This document shows, piece by piece, positions 25,791 to 39,116 of a DNA stretch of 64,000 nucleotides (position 1 is its first letter; each line of letters begins with the position of its first letter). The position numbers and the translations under genes are program-made. This stretch comes from Octopus sinensis. Its lineage: Eukaryota. The notes below the pieces were generated by a model. That model saw nothing but the letters and a program-made list of their open reading frames with translations, was not told the DNA's origin and ran no database searches. The DNA is taken from NCBI RefSeq assembly GCF_006345805.1, contig NC_043001.1, forward strand, positions 39,246,001 through 39,310,000, in the 5' to 3' direction.

Positions 25791-26369
25791 TTGTATATAT
25801 AACCTACATTTGTATATTTAAAAACTGATATACAGCGATCCATGGCAGAATATGTTTATATAAATTGTTGAACCTATTTGAATTCTCCTTATCATTTTTT
25901 ATACACACACACACACATATATATATATATATTTCATTATCTGTGTAAACACAGTTTTATCTTCCAACTGTATGTTTAGAGAAAAATCTTAAGATCCCTT
26001 CACTCAATCCAACTCTCTCTCTCTCTCTTTCACACTCATTTATTCATTCATTTATCTAATTTTGTCACAGTTTGACTGACTGAAAACTCTTGGTTGTAGC
26101 TCTAGTTAAGAATTCAAATGTCCAATTCTATCTCATTATTATGATCAATATTCTCTCACACTAGCAGCATGAGTTTTTACTGTTTTGCAGTGTGCTCATC
26201 CTTCCTCCCCATCACCTGTACTGGAAGTCTCTATTCTCTGACATCTATCGGATGTCTCTCCCATGAACACCTCCAAAGGCTTTATGCTCCCCCATCCCTA
26301 CTTAAAGTTTATCTCCTATGTAACTATTGTATGTTTATGAGTTCTGCCAAATGCGAGCTTTCTTTTCAG

Positions 26370-29300
26370 GTACATGAAACTGCTGTCCCCCATTCCAGGG
26401 TCTCATGGGCCCACACTTCCCACACCCTCAGAGCTAGCACACTTACTGTTGGCACACTGAAATGTAGGTCTGGTGAGATTGTTGAGATTCTTGAATGGAG
26501 ACATGTAGATTTGTGCTGCATCCAAGAAGTAAGGTGGAGAGGAAGTTCTAGGTTCCTCAAGGAAAAAGAACATAGGTGTAAGATTTTCAGAGAAGGGAAC
26601 ACAGACAGGGTCAGGGGCGTGGGTATACTTCTTGTGATTAATTGGTTTGATAAGGTAATCGCGGTAGTCGGAGTCTGTGATAGAATACTTAAGATTAGAT
26701 TAGTGCTACAATGTGGGTTAGCAACCATTATCTCGGCCTATACCCCTCAGCCAGGGCTACCTGATGAACAGAAAGACACCTTCTTGCAGACTGCTTCATT
26801 GACAAATGATAGTGATCTTTTCTTTGTGGCTGGCGACTTCAATGGGCATGTTGGACAACATGCAGGAGGCTTCCATAGAGTACATGGCGGCTATGGTTTA
26901 GGTTCACGCTATGAGGAGTGAACCAAGCTGCTGGAGTTCTGCAATGGAAATTATCTTATGGTTTGTATTACTAACTTCAAGAAACCTGCCAGTCACCTAT
27001 TCACCTACCGATTTGGTGGACACACTAATCAAATTGATTACATCCTCACCAGGAAATGGGAAAAATGGCTACTTATAAATGCCAAAACCTTCCCTAGTGA
27101 AGAATTCACAACACAACATAGATTAGTAGTTAGCAACTTCAGGATCAGGGTTAAATGGATGGCCAGAAGATGACCAGCATGGAAAAGAAGGGTCTGGAAG
27201 CTTAAGGATGCTACAAATGAACATAGATTTAGAGACGTATTACTTGAAGCTTTTGATGAAATAGAGGGAGATAGAGCATCACATGATGTGAAAGACAACT
27301 GGAGGTTTTTACGAGACAACCTGTTGAAGGCTCTTGACCAGATCTGTGGATGGTGCAAAGTCCCCTCTCAATCCAAAGTAACGTGGTGGTGGAACAATGT
27401 AGTTGAGAAGGCCATTAAGGAAAAGAAACAGACAAGGAAGGACTAGAAGAACATTGGTAGCAAGAAATTGTATCAGACTGCCAGAAGGGAAGCTTGGAGA
27501 CAGGTTTACTTAGCCAGAGAGGAAGCAGATAAGAAAAGATTTGCCAATGTTCTGTGTCATGAGGACCAATGACTTGAAGTGTTTCGTGTTGCAAGACAGT
27601 GTGTGAGAGAGAATCGTAATGTCATAGAAGAGAAATGTGTCTGCATGGATGATGGCTCACATTTAATAAGGCTGCTGAGAGAGAGCCTAGGAGACGCCAC
27701 AATGAAAGGTTGCTAAATGAAGAGAATGAATGGGAGAAAGTGAGTCTGCCGAATGTCAACCCAACAGAGAGACCAGCAATTCGAATTGACAGTACCTTGG
27801 TAGATAAGGCAACTAAGGAAAGCTCCCGGACCATCAGGAATCACTGCAGAGATGCTTAAAATATCTGGCAGTGTCAGCTATAGTCTAGTCATCTGTATAG
27901 TCAATCAGGTGATACATGAAGGAGTCATACCCAATGACTAGTGTAGTAGCACCATAGTCAACTGCTACGAAGGTAAAGGTGATGAATTAGATACAAATAA
28001 TTAGAGAGGTATCAAGTTGTTGGATCTGGTAATGAAAGTCACAGAGAGGTTCATAGCCCAACTAATTAGGGAGAGAGTCAGTTTGGATGAGATGCAGTTT
28101 GGTTTCATGCCAGGGAAAAGCACCACTGATGCTATATTTCTGGTAAGACAGCTGCAGGAGAAATACCTAGCCAAAAAATAAACCTCTGTACCTAACTTTC
28201 ATTGGCATGGAGAAAGCCTTTGACAGGGTCTCCTGATCCTTTATCTGGTGTTCAGGGCAGAAACTAGGGATAGATGAGTGGTTAGTGAGAGTTGTACAGG
28301 TCATATACAGGGATGCTGTCAGTAAGGTGAGGTTTAGCAATAAGTACAGTGAAAAATTCTGGGTAGGAGTAGGGGTCCACCAAAGATCAGTCCCAGCCCC
28401 CTCTTATTCATCATAGTCCTTCAGGCAATAACAGAGGAATTCAAGCCAGGATCCTGCTGGGAGCTTCTGAATGCTGATGACCTTGCTCTAATTGCTGAGT
28501 CACTATCAGAATTAGAGGGGAAGAAAGGTCTAGAATGGAAGGCCTTAAAGTCAATCTAGCAAAAACAAAGCCTTAATAAGTAGGAAGGTAGACAAACCAC
28601 AAATCCCTTCAGGTAGATGGCTTTGTTTGATTTGTGGAATAGGCGTAGGTAGAAACTCCATAAAATGTACCCAGTGTAAGCTATATACACATAAGAGGTG
28701 CAGCAATATCAAACGAAGGCAAAGTAGGAAGATAGTTTTTGTGTGTGGCAAATGCTCAGGGGCAATAAACCCTGAAAATGTGCAGCTTCTGTTACATTCC
28801 AGGAGGAAAAACCGCAAGTAGTTGGCAGCTTCTGTTACCTAGGTGACCAAGTCAGTAGCCGGGGTGGATGCTCTGAAAGTGTAGCTGCTAGAGAAATGAT
28901 AGCCTGGGCAAAGTTCAGAGAGTTCCTACCTCTGCTGGTGACAAAGGGTCTCTCACTCAAAGTAAAAGGTAGACTGTATGATGCATGTGGGTGAACAGCT
29001 ATGCTACATGGCAGTGAAACATGGGCTGTGACTACTGAGGATATGCGTAAGCTTGCAAGGAATGAAGCCAGTACGCTCCGCTGGATGTGTAATGTCAGTG
29101 TGCATACACGACAGGGTGTAAGTGCCCTGAGAGAAAAGTTAAACTTATGAAGCATCAGATGTGGTGTGCAAGAGAGACGACTGTGCAGGTATAGTCATGT
29201 GTTGCGTATGGATGAGGACAGCTGTGTGAAAAATTGTCACACCCTAGCAGTTGAGGGAACCTGTGGAAGAGGTAGACCCAGGAAGACCTGGGATGAAGTG

Positions 29301-29887
29301 GTGAAGCATGACCTCAAATATTGGGCCTCACCAAAGCAATGACAAGTAACCAAGACCTTTGGTGATCTGATGTGCTTGAGAAGACTCGGTAAGCCAAGTG
29401 AGACCATAACCCATAGCTATGCCAGTGCTGTATAACCAGCCCATTTAAGAGTACCTTCAATCATTGGACAAGAAACCATGCTTGTAAAATTGCTGTACCA
29501 CCTGATTGGCACCTGTACCGGTGGAACGTTAAAAGCACCATTCGACATGATCATTGCCAGGGCCACTGACTGGTTACCATGGCTGTGGCACGTAAAACAA
29601 TGCACCATTCGAGTGTGGTCGTTGCCAGTGTCACCAGGAGTGTCTCCTGTGCAGGTGGAATGTAAAAAGCACTATTTGAGTGTGGCCGATGCCAGTACCA
29701 CCTGACTGGCACATAAAAGCACCCACTACACTCTTGGAGTGGTTGGCGTTAGGAAGGGCATCTAGCTGTAGAAACTTTGCCAGATCAGATTGGAGACTGG
29801 TGCAGCCTACTGGCTTGCCAGCCCTCAGTCAAACCAGCCAACCCTTGCCAGCATGGAAAGTGGATGTTAAACGATGATGATGATGAT
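26370..29887 (+). mobile_element. Near full-length but decayed RTE-clade LINE (APE endonuclease + RT with PHD-like insert + 3' UTR ending in (GAT)n)
   Basis: TLTVGTL..DLCCIQEVRW..GVGIL..SAYTPQ..GDFNGHVG (APE), QFGFMPGKSTTDAIF, ADDL, FCYLG and GRPRKTWDEV, with many stops and frameshifts. Confidence 0.95.
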
Positions 29888-30890
29888 AAGACCAGACATG
29901 ACTCTGATTTCAGATGAATTTAAAGAACAAGTATATACATAATAGATTCAAAGTAAAGTGGGGAATTTTAGGTTCGTATGGTACAGTTCTGTCTAATAAG
30001 TTCAAATGTTTTTTATTTATATCATTGAGTACCTTTTTATGGACGTGTTTATAGTTAGTTTTTAACTCTTTCAAAATAATTCATCATATTTTTCTAGTGG
30101 TTCATTATATTTTTCTAGTGAACACATATTACCAGTTCATGTGAGGCTTTATTTTTTCTATAGTTTTAAGAAGTTCCTTCTGGAATGAATTGGTATAGTT
30201 TGAGAATTTCAGGTTTTTAATCATTAGCGTTGTTTTCAAAATTCGCTAGATCAAGTTTTGGAGGAGAGTTTTTGTAAGATTTCATATAATAAATATTCCT
30301 TTGTTTAGCTTGATTAGATTGATTACTTTTCATATCATAGTGAAAGGCTTTCAATCTCATTCTATTGATAAGATTTTTAGTCTTCTGGAGAAGATACATT
30401 TTAAAACAAACTATTTTTCTTATCATGAATAATTTATTGGAATATATTTAGTTCTCTTTCTTCCTCCACCCATGCCTCTTATCTATAAAAAAAACCTAAC
30501 CTCTAGTATTTGTCATTGTCAACTTGCAAACGTAAAACCTGTTACCCTGAAGAAGGAGGAACTACTAAATAGTGGGTACTATACCCCTTATTTTTACAGG
30601 CAATTAACCTCTAGAAATGGCCGTTGGTACCCTATTTTAACAGTTTTCAACTATCCTGACTTTTCATTTCTTTCCTTCTTGCATCTTTTATTTTGCTTTC
30701 ATCACTACTTCAGGCCTTCTTCAATATATTTATGATATATACATGTTTTAATATATTTATGTCTACATCTAAATTTTATTTAAAATCTATTATCTTACAT
30801 ATATATATTTTTAATGTATCATGTTCTTTAAATTCATCTGAAATCACAATCATGTCTATGGATTAAATTATCTGGTCTTATGTTTCTTCA
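29888..30890 (-). mobile_element. Penelope-like element 5' remnant bounded by an inverted repeat
   Basis: ORF 30217..30426 (LLQKTKNLINRMRLKAFHYD). ataagaccagacatga..gatttcagatgaatttaaagaaca at 29886-29929 is the reverse complement of 30822-30880. Confidence 0.6.
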
Positions 30891-30960
30891 TGCTAAATAG
30901 TGTGTGTGTATGTATGTATATATATATATATGTGTGTGTGTGTATGTATATGTATTTATA

Positions 30961-31830
30961 CTAGCAAACAAACCCATCCTTTGGATGGTTTAAGTTGTTT
31001 GATGGTATTTTTTTCACCAAATAATTGAACTACCATGAAGGTTTATGAGTAGCATGGCAGTCTGTTTCCAATTAACCTAGGAACAAAAAATCAAATAAAA
31101 GTCTGGTTATTGTGGAAGTTGTTGCACTAATGATTATATAACATATAAGTTTGCAAGCGATGCTAAGTAGAGCTACGGAAGTGTTTTGGGAGTAGATAAC
31201 AAATAATGACTACAAAAAAACTTATTTTACACAAAAACGAAATTTCTCAACAGAAACAGAAACATGGTATAATGAAATTAAAAGAAAATGTTGAGACTTC
31301 CCCTCAGTGAGTTTATTTTTTTCAACAGCAAAGGGAGCTATTTTTCTTTTTTGAGAGATAAACTAACAAAAGCCCCTTTATTCTGTCTTCCTACATAGCC
31401 TGTGCATAAACTAACAGTGAATGCTGCATAAAGTTAAATTGGTATGGAGCTTTCTGAATGATACACATCACTTTCGTGAGTGGAAGCAAAACTCTTATTT
31501 AATGGTTGATTCTTTGGAATGAATCACATGTGATTGTTTCAAAAAGGCTTGAACGACAGTGCTAAAACATAATTGAAACAGTGGAGTTATGATATAAGCA
31601 CGTGCTAAAACCCATCTTGACTTTTTTTTTTATTTTTACGAATTTTTACAAAGTTTTTTTTATTATGTCTTAATGGAATTAATATGATTATGCAAAACTT
31701 TTTTTAAAATACCCCCAAATCACCCCCCCCTCCCATTTTTTAAAATTTGGGTTTTTAAAAACAGACAGTGCAAATCTACCATTCGTTTTTCTTTATAATT
31801 TCCAAATAACTTTTTAATACTTCTATGAAA
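30961..31830 (-). mobile_element. Non-autonomous Helitron (3' end defined, 5' end uncertain)
   Basis: The minus strand ends with the hairpin ccatcc-aaa-ggatgg followed by ...tttgCTAG|T at 30961. Confidence 0.6.
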
Positions 31831-31983
31831 AAAGTCAACTGAAGGTCTTCACAATTTTTCATATAATCTTGGACTTTATATGTGAAATGCCAGTGACATG
31901 CTGCATGTCCATCAGCAATTATTAGCAGTGGTACAACATATAGACCAAGTAGATGAAAGCCTTCTTTTTAAGAGGAAAACTGA

Positions 31984-34170
31984 TGTTGGAACAGTGGTGA
32001 AGTTTTACGTGATGTGAAGGAGGAAAAAGATGGAAGCAAAGAGAATTGTGGTAGTCTTACCTGTTGATCTGGAAGGGTTACAATGCCCATGTGCTCTGTC
32101 TGTCATCGTACCATCTAACACATCTGCTGTCCACCACCAACTGGCTTCTCGCACCTCACTGATCCTGCATGCCCACCACGGCCCTTCTGCAGGAATCCAC
32201 AGGCCCCACTTCCAACAGGATGTGCACTCCCTCACTTCCAGTCCTTCCTTACAACACAGCCTGGCTCATAGCACCACACGCCACCCCTTGATCTGAACAT
32301 CATTCCACCAACCTGCCCGCATGCCTTAACTTGTCTTGTGATCAGCCAACCAGTGAGGAGGGCACCACTTCCTCCATGACCACCGTGAGACTTCAGGACT
32401 GGCCTCAGTTCCTGACATGTTGCCGCCGGCTTCGTCCTCTTGTTCATTACTGTTGGCTCCATCCTCCATTGCAGTGATAATCCTGCGCACATCCAAAGCA
32501 TGACGTGACATGCCATCTACAGACACATTGTTCCTCGAATTTACAGAGGTTATTGTCCCTTTTCTCTATTGTGATGTGCACCACACATTTGGGGGTTTAA
32601 CCTAGACTTTTTCTCTGACCTGCACAAAGGCATGCTCTTTCTCTTCTATGGGTTGTGGTGATGTGGTACATGGATGTCTCCACTCGTACTTGAATATTGC
32701 TCTGTATGGCACTAACTCCTCAGCCTGTCCTGACCTGGGCAACATATTATACCAAAAAACGACCTCAACTGGTGAAATGTGGCTCTCTCTGCTATGGTTT
32801 TCATGGTGTGATGATGCCTCTCCAAAACCCCATTGCCACATGGCCAGTATGCTGCCCTGAAGAAATGGCTAACACGCCACTTGTCGAGCATTTCCTCCGG
32901 TACCTCCGAGTGAAACGCAATGTCACTGTCCACAAGTAGCTCATCCACAGGGCCTCATTCTAGGAATATCTCACTTAGTATTCTTATGATTTCGTCCATG
33001 GTCCCCATCTTCATCTCCCTCCATACGGCCAACCATCCTGGTCTTCAGTCGACCATTGAGAGGTATGTCCCCTACCATTCATTTCTAGTATTGTTCCACT
33101 TGAATGCTTCCTACCTCATGCACACCTGGAGTGGGGTCAATAGACTGGCACCTGTCGCAGCTCCCAACTCTCTGCAAACTCTGCCTGGTCACATCAGAAT
33201 CAACTTTCCTGGCTAGGAACAGGGTCCTGTCCACCCCCATGTGATGCATGGTATGCAGTCTCCTCAACTCCGAGTCACTCAGTCGACACACTGCAGCCAC
33301 TCCTTGCTCTAGATCCTCCAGCACCTGCAACCAAGCTTTCTTTACTCTGGTCAGGATGTCTGTTCTATTCCTCTCAGAGGCCACAAAAACCACATGCAGC
33401 CTCAGCAGCTAGCTTGCCCAGAATTCCCAAACAGCATCTCTGTGCCCCCTTTGGTTCACACCCTCTGCTCGCCGCTGACAACTGATCCCATCCAAGTACA
33501 GTAACCAAATTGGTCAAGATCTCAATGGTATACAGCCCCCAACTCAGGGCCAGGTTGAGCCCTTTCAACATGACATCCAGCTTCACCATGTTGATGTGGT
33601 TGAAGTCGTCCTTCTTGAACCAGGCTGCATTCTCCACCACGACACCTCCAATTTCCAGGATAACTCCCGTTGCTATGCTGCTGGCATCATACCATACAAT
33701 CCCTTTCTTCAATTTGGGCACATACCAGTTTCCTCTTACTAGGTCCTCCACAATCACTCTCCCCAAGACTTCCTGCATCATGGCAGTTGTCTTTTCACCC
33801 ACGTTGTCACCCCACCTTACTCCTTCAGTTCACCTCTTGATGAAGCTGCATGCTGTCCAGAGCCATCCTGGAAACGGGTAGTGTCCCAGAAGCTTCCCAC
33901 ACACAGAAAACAGTTCCCACCTACTTGTCTTTGAGCCCACTTCTAGGATCTCATTCCCTCTCTGAAATACCAACGCGTCAGCCTTGTCTCGTCATAGCTT
34001 GAATTCCAGTGCAGCTCCTCCTTCCATCACCTCCAGCAGTTTGGCAGTTAGCCCAAGACTCCTCAGGTGGTTTATGACCTCTTTTGCTGACACTATGCAC
34101 TCGTCTCCAGGATGTTATCAATATAGGAATTGGTTGCTCTTTTCACTTTGTCCGCCTTTCCCATGATGGT
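31984..34170 (-). mobile_element. Decayed Ty3/gypsy LTR-retrotransposon pol (RNase H + integrase)
   Basis: WYDASSIATGVILEIGG..FNHINMVKLD (RNase H), LHTMHHMGVDRTL..CDRC (HHCC zinc finger) and GNGVLERHHHTMK (integrase core). Confidence 0.88.
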
Positions 34171-34189
34171 TTTGAGAATCGTTGATTTA

Positions 34190-36005
34190 ATCTTCGGCGA
34201 TTAATCTTTCCCAATTTATATCACAGCCTCTGACAAGCTGGGGTATCCTTTTATGAAAAAATATTTCGCAAATTTTTACAATACGACCCACACTCCACGC
34301 ACCCTCATATCCCACTCTAGACCGATTTAGGCAAATTATTGTATTGTTTTTGTTGTTTTTGGCCCTTCAAAACCATGGGAGAAGCCTTTTTGGTAAAAAA
34401 AAACCCAGAAAATATTCAAAAAATATCGTTAATATTTTTATTGGGCGACGAAATTCGGATCTTTTCCTTTTGATAGCCAGATTTCAACACAATTTCTAAT
34501 TAACTAAAACACTTTAAAACTTCGTATACTGGTAGAATGTGTCAAAAGAAAACATTATTTTCAGTTGTCTTTTTTGAAAAATTTGTAATTCGTTTGTTTA
34601 ACATAGTTTAATTTTTCGAATTTTAATCAATCCTATGCTCTCCTTTGAGCTGAAATCCTTTGCTGCGTTATCGATATTGATAAACAAACGAGGAGGGTTG
34701 TGTTGGCATGTGCTAAAAATAACAGCCATATCTCTTAAATCGATGAATTTCGGGATCTTTTCCTTTTGATGGACGGAATTCAACACAATTTCTAGTTAAC
34801 TAAACAATTTGAAACTTCGTATACTGATAGAATGTGTCAAAAGAAAACATTATTTTCACTTGGCTTTTTTGATAAATTTGTAATTTGTAAGTTTAACGTA
34901 GTTTAATTCTTCGAATTTTAACCAATGAATTGCCAGCATTTGAGCTAAAATCATTTGCTGCGTAAACAGCGCGCGTGCACACACATACACACACACGTGT
35001 TATTCATCCTTCTCTCTTCTGTCTGTCTTGCTCATCGATATTGATAAACAAACGAGGAGCGTTGTGTTGGCATGTGCTAGAAATAACAGCCATATCTCTT
35101 AAATCAATGAATTTCATCGCCCAATAAAAATATTAACGATATTTTTTGAATATTTTCTTTATTTTTTTTACTGAAAAGGCTTCTCCCATGGTTTTGAAGG
35201 GCCAAAAACAACAAAAACAAAACAATAATATGCCCAAATCGGTCTAGAGTGGGATATGAGGTTGCACGTGGAGTGTGGGTCGTATTGTAAAAATTTGCGA
35301 AATATTTTTCATAAAAGGATACCCCAGCTTGTCGGAGGCTGTGATATAAATTGGGAAAAAAATCCTCGACACCAGTGCGTAATTGGTACTTAATTTATCG
35401 ACCCCGAAACAATGAAACATTGACCTCCCCCATTTCTGGTTTATTTACCTTTTGTGTAAATTTGTTCCGGCAAGGGGCAAAACACAGAGGGGACAAAGCA
35501 TGAGATACAAAAGTATTAAGTCGATTATATCGACACCAGTGCGAACTCACGAACGTGTATGTATGCTTGTGTGCGTATGTGTGTGTACGCTTATATATTA
35601 ATTACTATATGCTTGTGCAAATGTATATGCATGTGTTTGAGAGAGAGTGACAGAGAGTGTGTGTGTGCAAGTGTACGTGTGTATGTATCTGAATATATGT
35701 GTGTGTGTGTGTGTATGCGGCGTGCGTCTCCTCGTTTGTTTATCAATATCGATAACGCAGCAAATAATTTTGAGCTCAAATGCTGGCAATTCATTGGTTA
35801 AAATTCGAAGAATGAAACTACGTTAAACTTACAAATTACGAAAATTCGAAGAATTAAACTACGTTAACTTACAAATTACGATTTTCTCAAAAATCAAGGG
35901 AAAATAATGTTTTCTTTTGACACATTCTACCAGTATACGAAGTTTCAAATTGTTTAGAGTTAACTAGAAATTGTGTTGATTCCGTCCATCAAAGGAAAAG
36001 ATCCA
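34190..36005. repeat. Foldback-like composite of a ~260 bp inverted repeat (34195-34455 / 35105-35360) and a ~300 bp unit in direct (34455-35110) and inverted (35725-36005) copies
   Basis: Reverse-complement matches read by eye, e.g. tcccaatttatatcacagcc / ggctgtgatataaattggga and cttcgtatactggtagaatgtgtcaaaag / cttttgacacattctaccagtatacgaag. Confidence 0.85.
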
Positions 36006-36919
36006 ATTCTTGGACTAATGTATTTGTACATAATGATGCTACTCATAATTCACTGAAATATAAATACACTGGACCTTTTAAAGTTTTGTCAATTAGATAT
36101 AAAACTATGACTTTGGATATGCATGGTAAAAAAGAGATTGTCAGTTTAGACAGAGTAAAAAAAGCTTATTTCGACAAGTATTCATGTCATGGAAATGAAG
36201 ATGCAAGCAATTGCAAATCTAAAAGTTAATGGAAACACTCAAAAGTCAATTTTGAAAATCAACATAACCCAAGTGTCAAAAAAAAGACTCGAGAAGTTGG
36301 TTAGAATTGTTACATTTTCCAAAAAACCTTTCTACAGTTTGTTTGAGGATTTTCAAATGTTTTTTATATTCCTGGATTTATATTTTTTTAAAAATTTTTC
36401 TTGCAGTGAACTGAAATGAACTGTACATAAACATTTATAATTGTAAAGCCGTGTTGAAAGGTTATTTTCATATGTTTAACATGTAATTTGTAAATGCATT
36501 GTATATATTGAAGTGTTACAACTATTAATTCAAACGTTGTATTGAAATATATGCGTATTACGAATTTCATTTTCGCAAAAGTTTGACAATTTTACTGGCG
36601 AAAGGCTGATGTAGCATGAGGCCATTTTCATTTCATATTGGCGGCACTAAATAGTGCCGCCAATATGTGGTAGCTGGCAATATGACGTAATGTCGTATTG
36701 CCAAAGAAATATGATTGTCTTTTTCCCATTGGTTGAAATAACTGCTCATATAGGAATTCTGAAAATGAGTTAAAGAATATTTTTATGTGAATTCAATTCT
36801 TTAAAGTCAAGTTGAGCAGTTATATAAAAACCCTGGATTTTGAGGAAAACTTTAGTGTTTGTTGGATGTCAATTTGGCTCGGACGTGTTTTTTGAACCTG
36901 CTTTGGCTGATATTGTTTG

Positions 36920-38132
36920 TTGATTAATTTTTGTTAAAGGTTATTGTTGATTTTGTCTGTATTAAGACAGACAAGGAAGAAACGGTTTGCCCCTCCCTAA
37001 GGGAGAAAATGGCAAGGAGGAATGTGTTTGCAAGCCTCAGTGAGTCAGACCTGTCGACCTCTGAGGAGGAACTAGAAAGGGCAGTGAGAAAAATAGACAG
37101 AGAACTCGGAGATGGAATTAAATATGCGCGAGCGACGAGGTAAGCGGAGAAAGAGATAGACCTGGCTAAGTTGCCAGGCTATCAAGAATTCGTTACGAAG
37201 ATCGGCGGTGAAGTTGAATTGTCGCCGCCAATAAAAAGAAGAGAATGGTATGAGAAGAAGACCATTACATATAGAGTATTTGCTAATGAAAAAAGGAAAA
37301 TTGAGTTGGTCGGCATGGAAATGATAGAGGAAACTCTGAGAAGGACAGAAGAGGAGGTAGTGTTTCTGGCAAGAGGCCTAGGTTTCGGCAAAAGGTCTGA
37401 AGTCGAAAGACGAAGTATACTGAGAACAATCCCTTATATACAAGAAAGGTGGCTCAACAGATCCTAGGAAAAAGGGTGTCATGAGACCTTAACCAAAGGC
37501 ATTGATTGGTTGGCTTTGGACAGTGGCACGTTGATAATGTTTGTTAAAGGTTATTGTTGATTTTGTCTGTATTAAGACAGACAGGAAGAAACGGTTTGCC
37601 CCTCCCTAAGGGAAAAAATGGCAAGGAGGAATGTGTTTGCAAGCCTCAGTGAGTCAGACCTGTCGACTCTGAGGAGGAACTAGAAAGGGCAGTGAGAAAA
37701 ATAGACAGAGAACTCGGAGATGAATTAATATGCGCGAGCGACCGAGGTAAGCGGAGAAGAGATAGACCTGGCTAAGTTGCCAGGCTATCAAGAATTCGTT
37801 ACGAAGATCGGCGGTGAAGTTGAATTTGTCGCCGCCAATAAATAAGAGAATGGTATGAGAAAAGACCATTACATATAGAGTATTTGCTAATGAAAAAGGA
37901 AAATTGAGTTGGTCGGCATGGAATGATAGAGGAAACTCTAGAAGGACAGAAGAGGAGGTAGTGTTTTCTGGCAAGAGGCCTAGGTTTCGGCAAAAGGTCT
38001 GAAGTCGAAAGACGAAGTATACTGAGAACAATCCCTTATATACAAGAAAGGTGGCTCAACAGATCCTAGGAAAAAGGGTGTCATGAGACCTTAACCAAAG
38101 GCATTGATTGGTTGGCTTTGGACAGTGGCACG
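36920..38132 (+). repeat. ~610 bp tandem duplication (36920-37530, 37531-38132) of an ORF1-like non-LTR retrotransposon 5' fragment
   Basis: Copy 1 reads MARRNVFASLSESD...*...KKTITYRVFANEKRKIELVGMEMIEETL...VVFLARG. Copy 2 differs almost only by single-base indels. The L1/Tx1-type ORF1 assignment is tentative. Confidence 0.75.
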
Positions 38133-38649
38133 AAATAAGTAGAGACAAATCTCGCCACATGTCAACCAATCAGATCAGTGGACACAACAGGAACAACCCA
38201 GCCAAAGATGGCTGTAATCTCAAACGAGATCATTCCTGCTGTGTCTCTCAAACAGTGAGGATATCAGATACCACTACATATCCCTACTTCAAAAGTAAAA
38301 TATATTTATCTATTTCCAAATAGGAAACATAAAAGTAGTGTTACACTAAACCAACCAAAAAATACCCCGCTATAAAAACTAGTGCCGCTTTAATGATAAT
38401 GATGATGCAAGTGTGATAAATCAAGAAAAAGATCATTTTTCTCTATGACTTTTCACACTCAGCATTAACTATGGATACATGATCAGACCTATAGTTGTTG
38501 TTTACACCCAAGTCAGACATGATCAAAGGCATTTTCTCCTTTGCATTCAAACCTGAAGTAAGATCTGGTCCTCTAATCCATTGAATCCTATTGATCCATC
38601 CAACTCGTGTCAGCATGGAAAGCAGAATTATAGCATTTTATATGTGTAG

Positions 38650-39075
38650 AGGTGATTAAGAAGCTTGCTTTGCAACCATGTGGTTTGAGGTACAGTCCCA
38701 CTGGGTAGCACCTTGGTCAAGTGTCTTCAACGATAGCCCAAGGCCAAGCAATACCTTGTAATTGAACTTGGTTGATAGAAACTGTGAAGAAGTCTCTATC
38801 TCTCTCTATATATATATGTATGTACAACATACATATGTACATGTCATTGTGTCTGTGTGCATTTGAGTTTGTGTTGTGTTTGTTCCCACCACCACTTGGC
38901 AACCAGTTTTGGTTTGTTTATATCCCTGTAACTTAGTGGTTCTACAAAGGAGACAAATAGAATAAGTACTAAACTTAAAAATAATCACTGGTGTTGATTG
39001 ATTTATTCAACTAAAACCCTTCAAGTTGGTGCCTCAGTATGGCTGTAGTCCAATGTTTAACACAAATAAAAAGAA
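38650..39075 (+). mobile_element. tRNA-derived SINE
   Basis: Head ...aagaagcttgctttgcaaccatgtggtttgaggtacagtccca... and the common tail agaataagtact...gatttattcaactaaaacccttcaag...aaaagaaaa. Confidence 0.7.
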
Positions 39076-39116
39076 AAAAAAATATATGAGTGTTTGTATA
39101 GTATATGTATTATATA

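Noticed and set aside
26761-26775. CTGATGA...GAAA hammerhead-like string
   Set aside because: It lies in LINE endonuclease coding sequence (PDEQK) and has no stem II pairing.
30799-30837. Candidate 39 bp phase 1-1 exon (EFKEHDTLKIYI)
   Set aside because: It lies in one arm of the inverted repeat bounding the Penelope remnant (matches 29886-29929), so it is most likely TE sequence.
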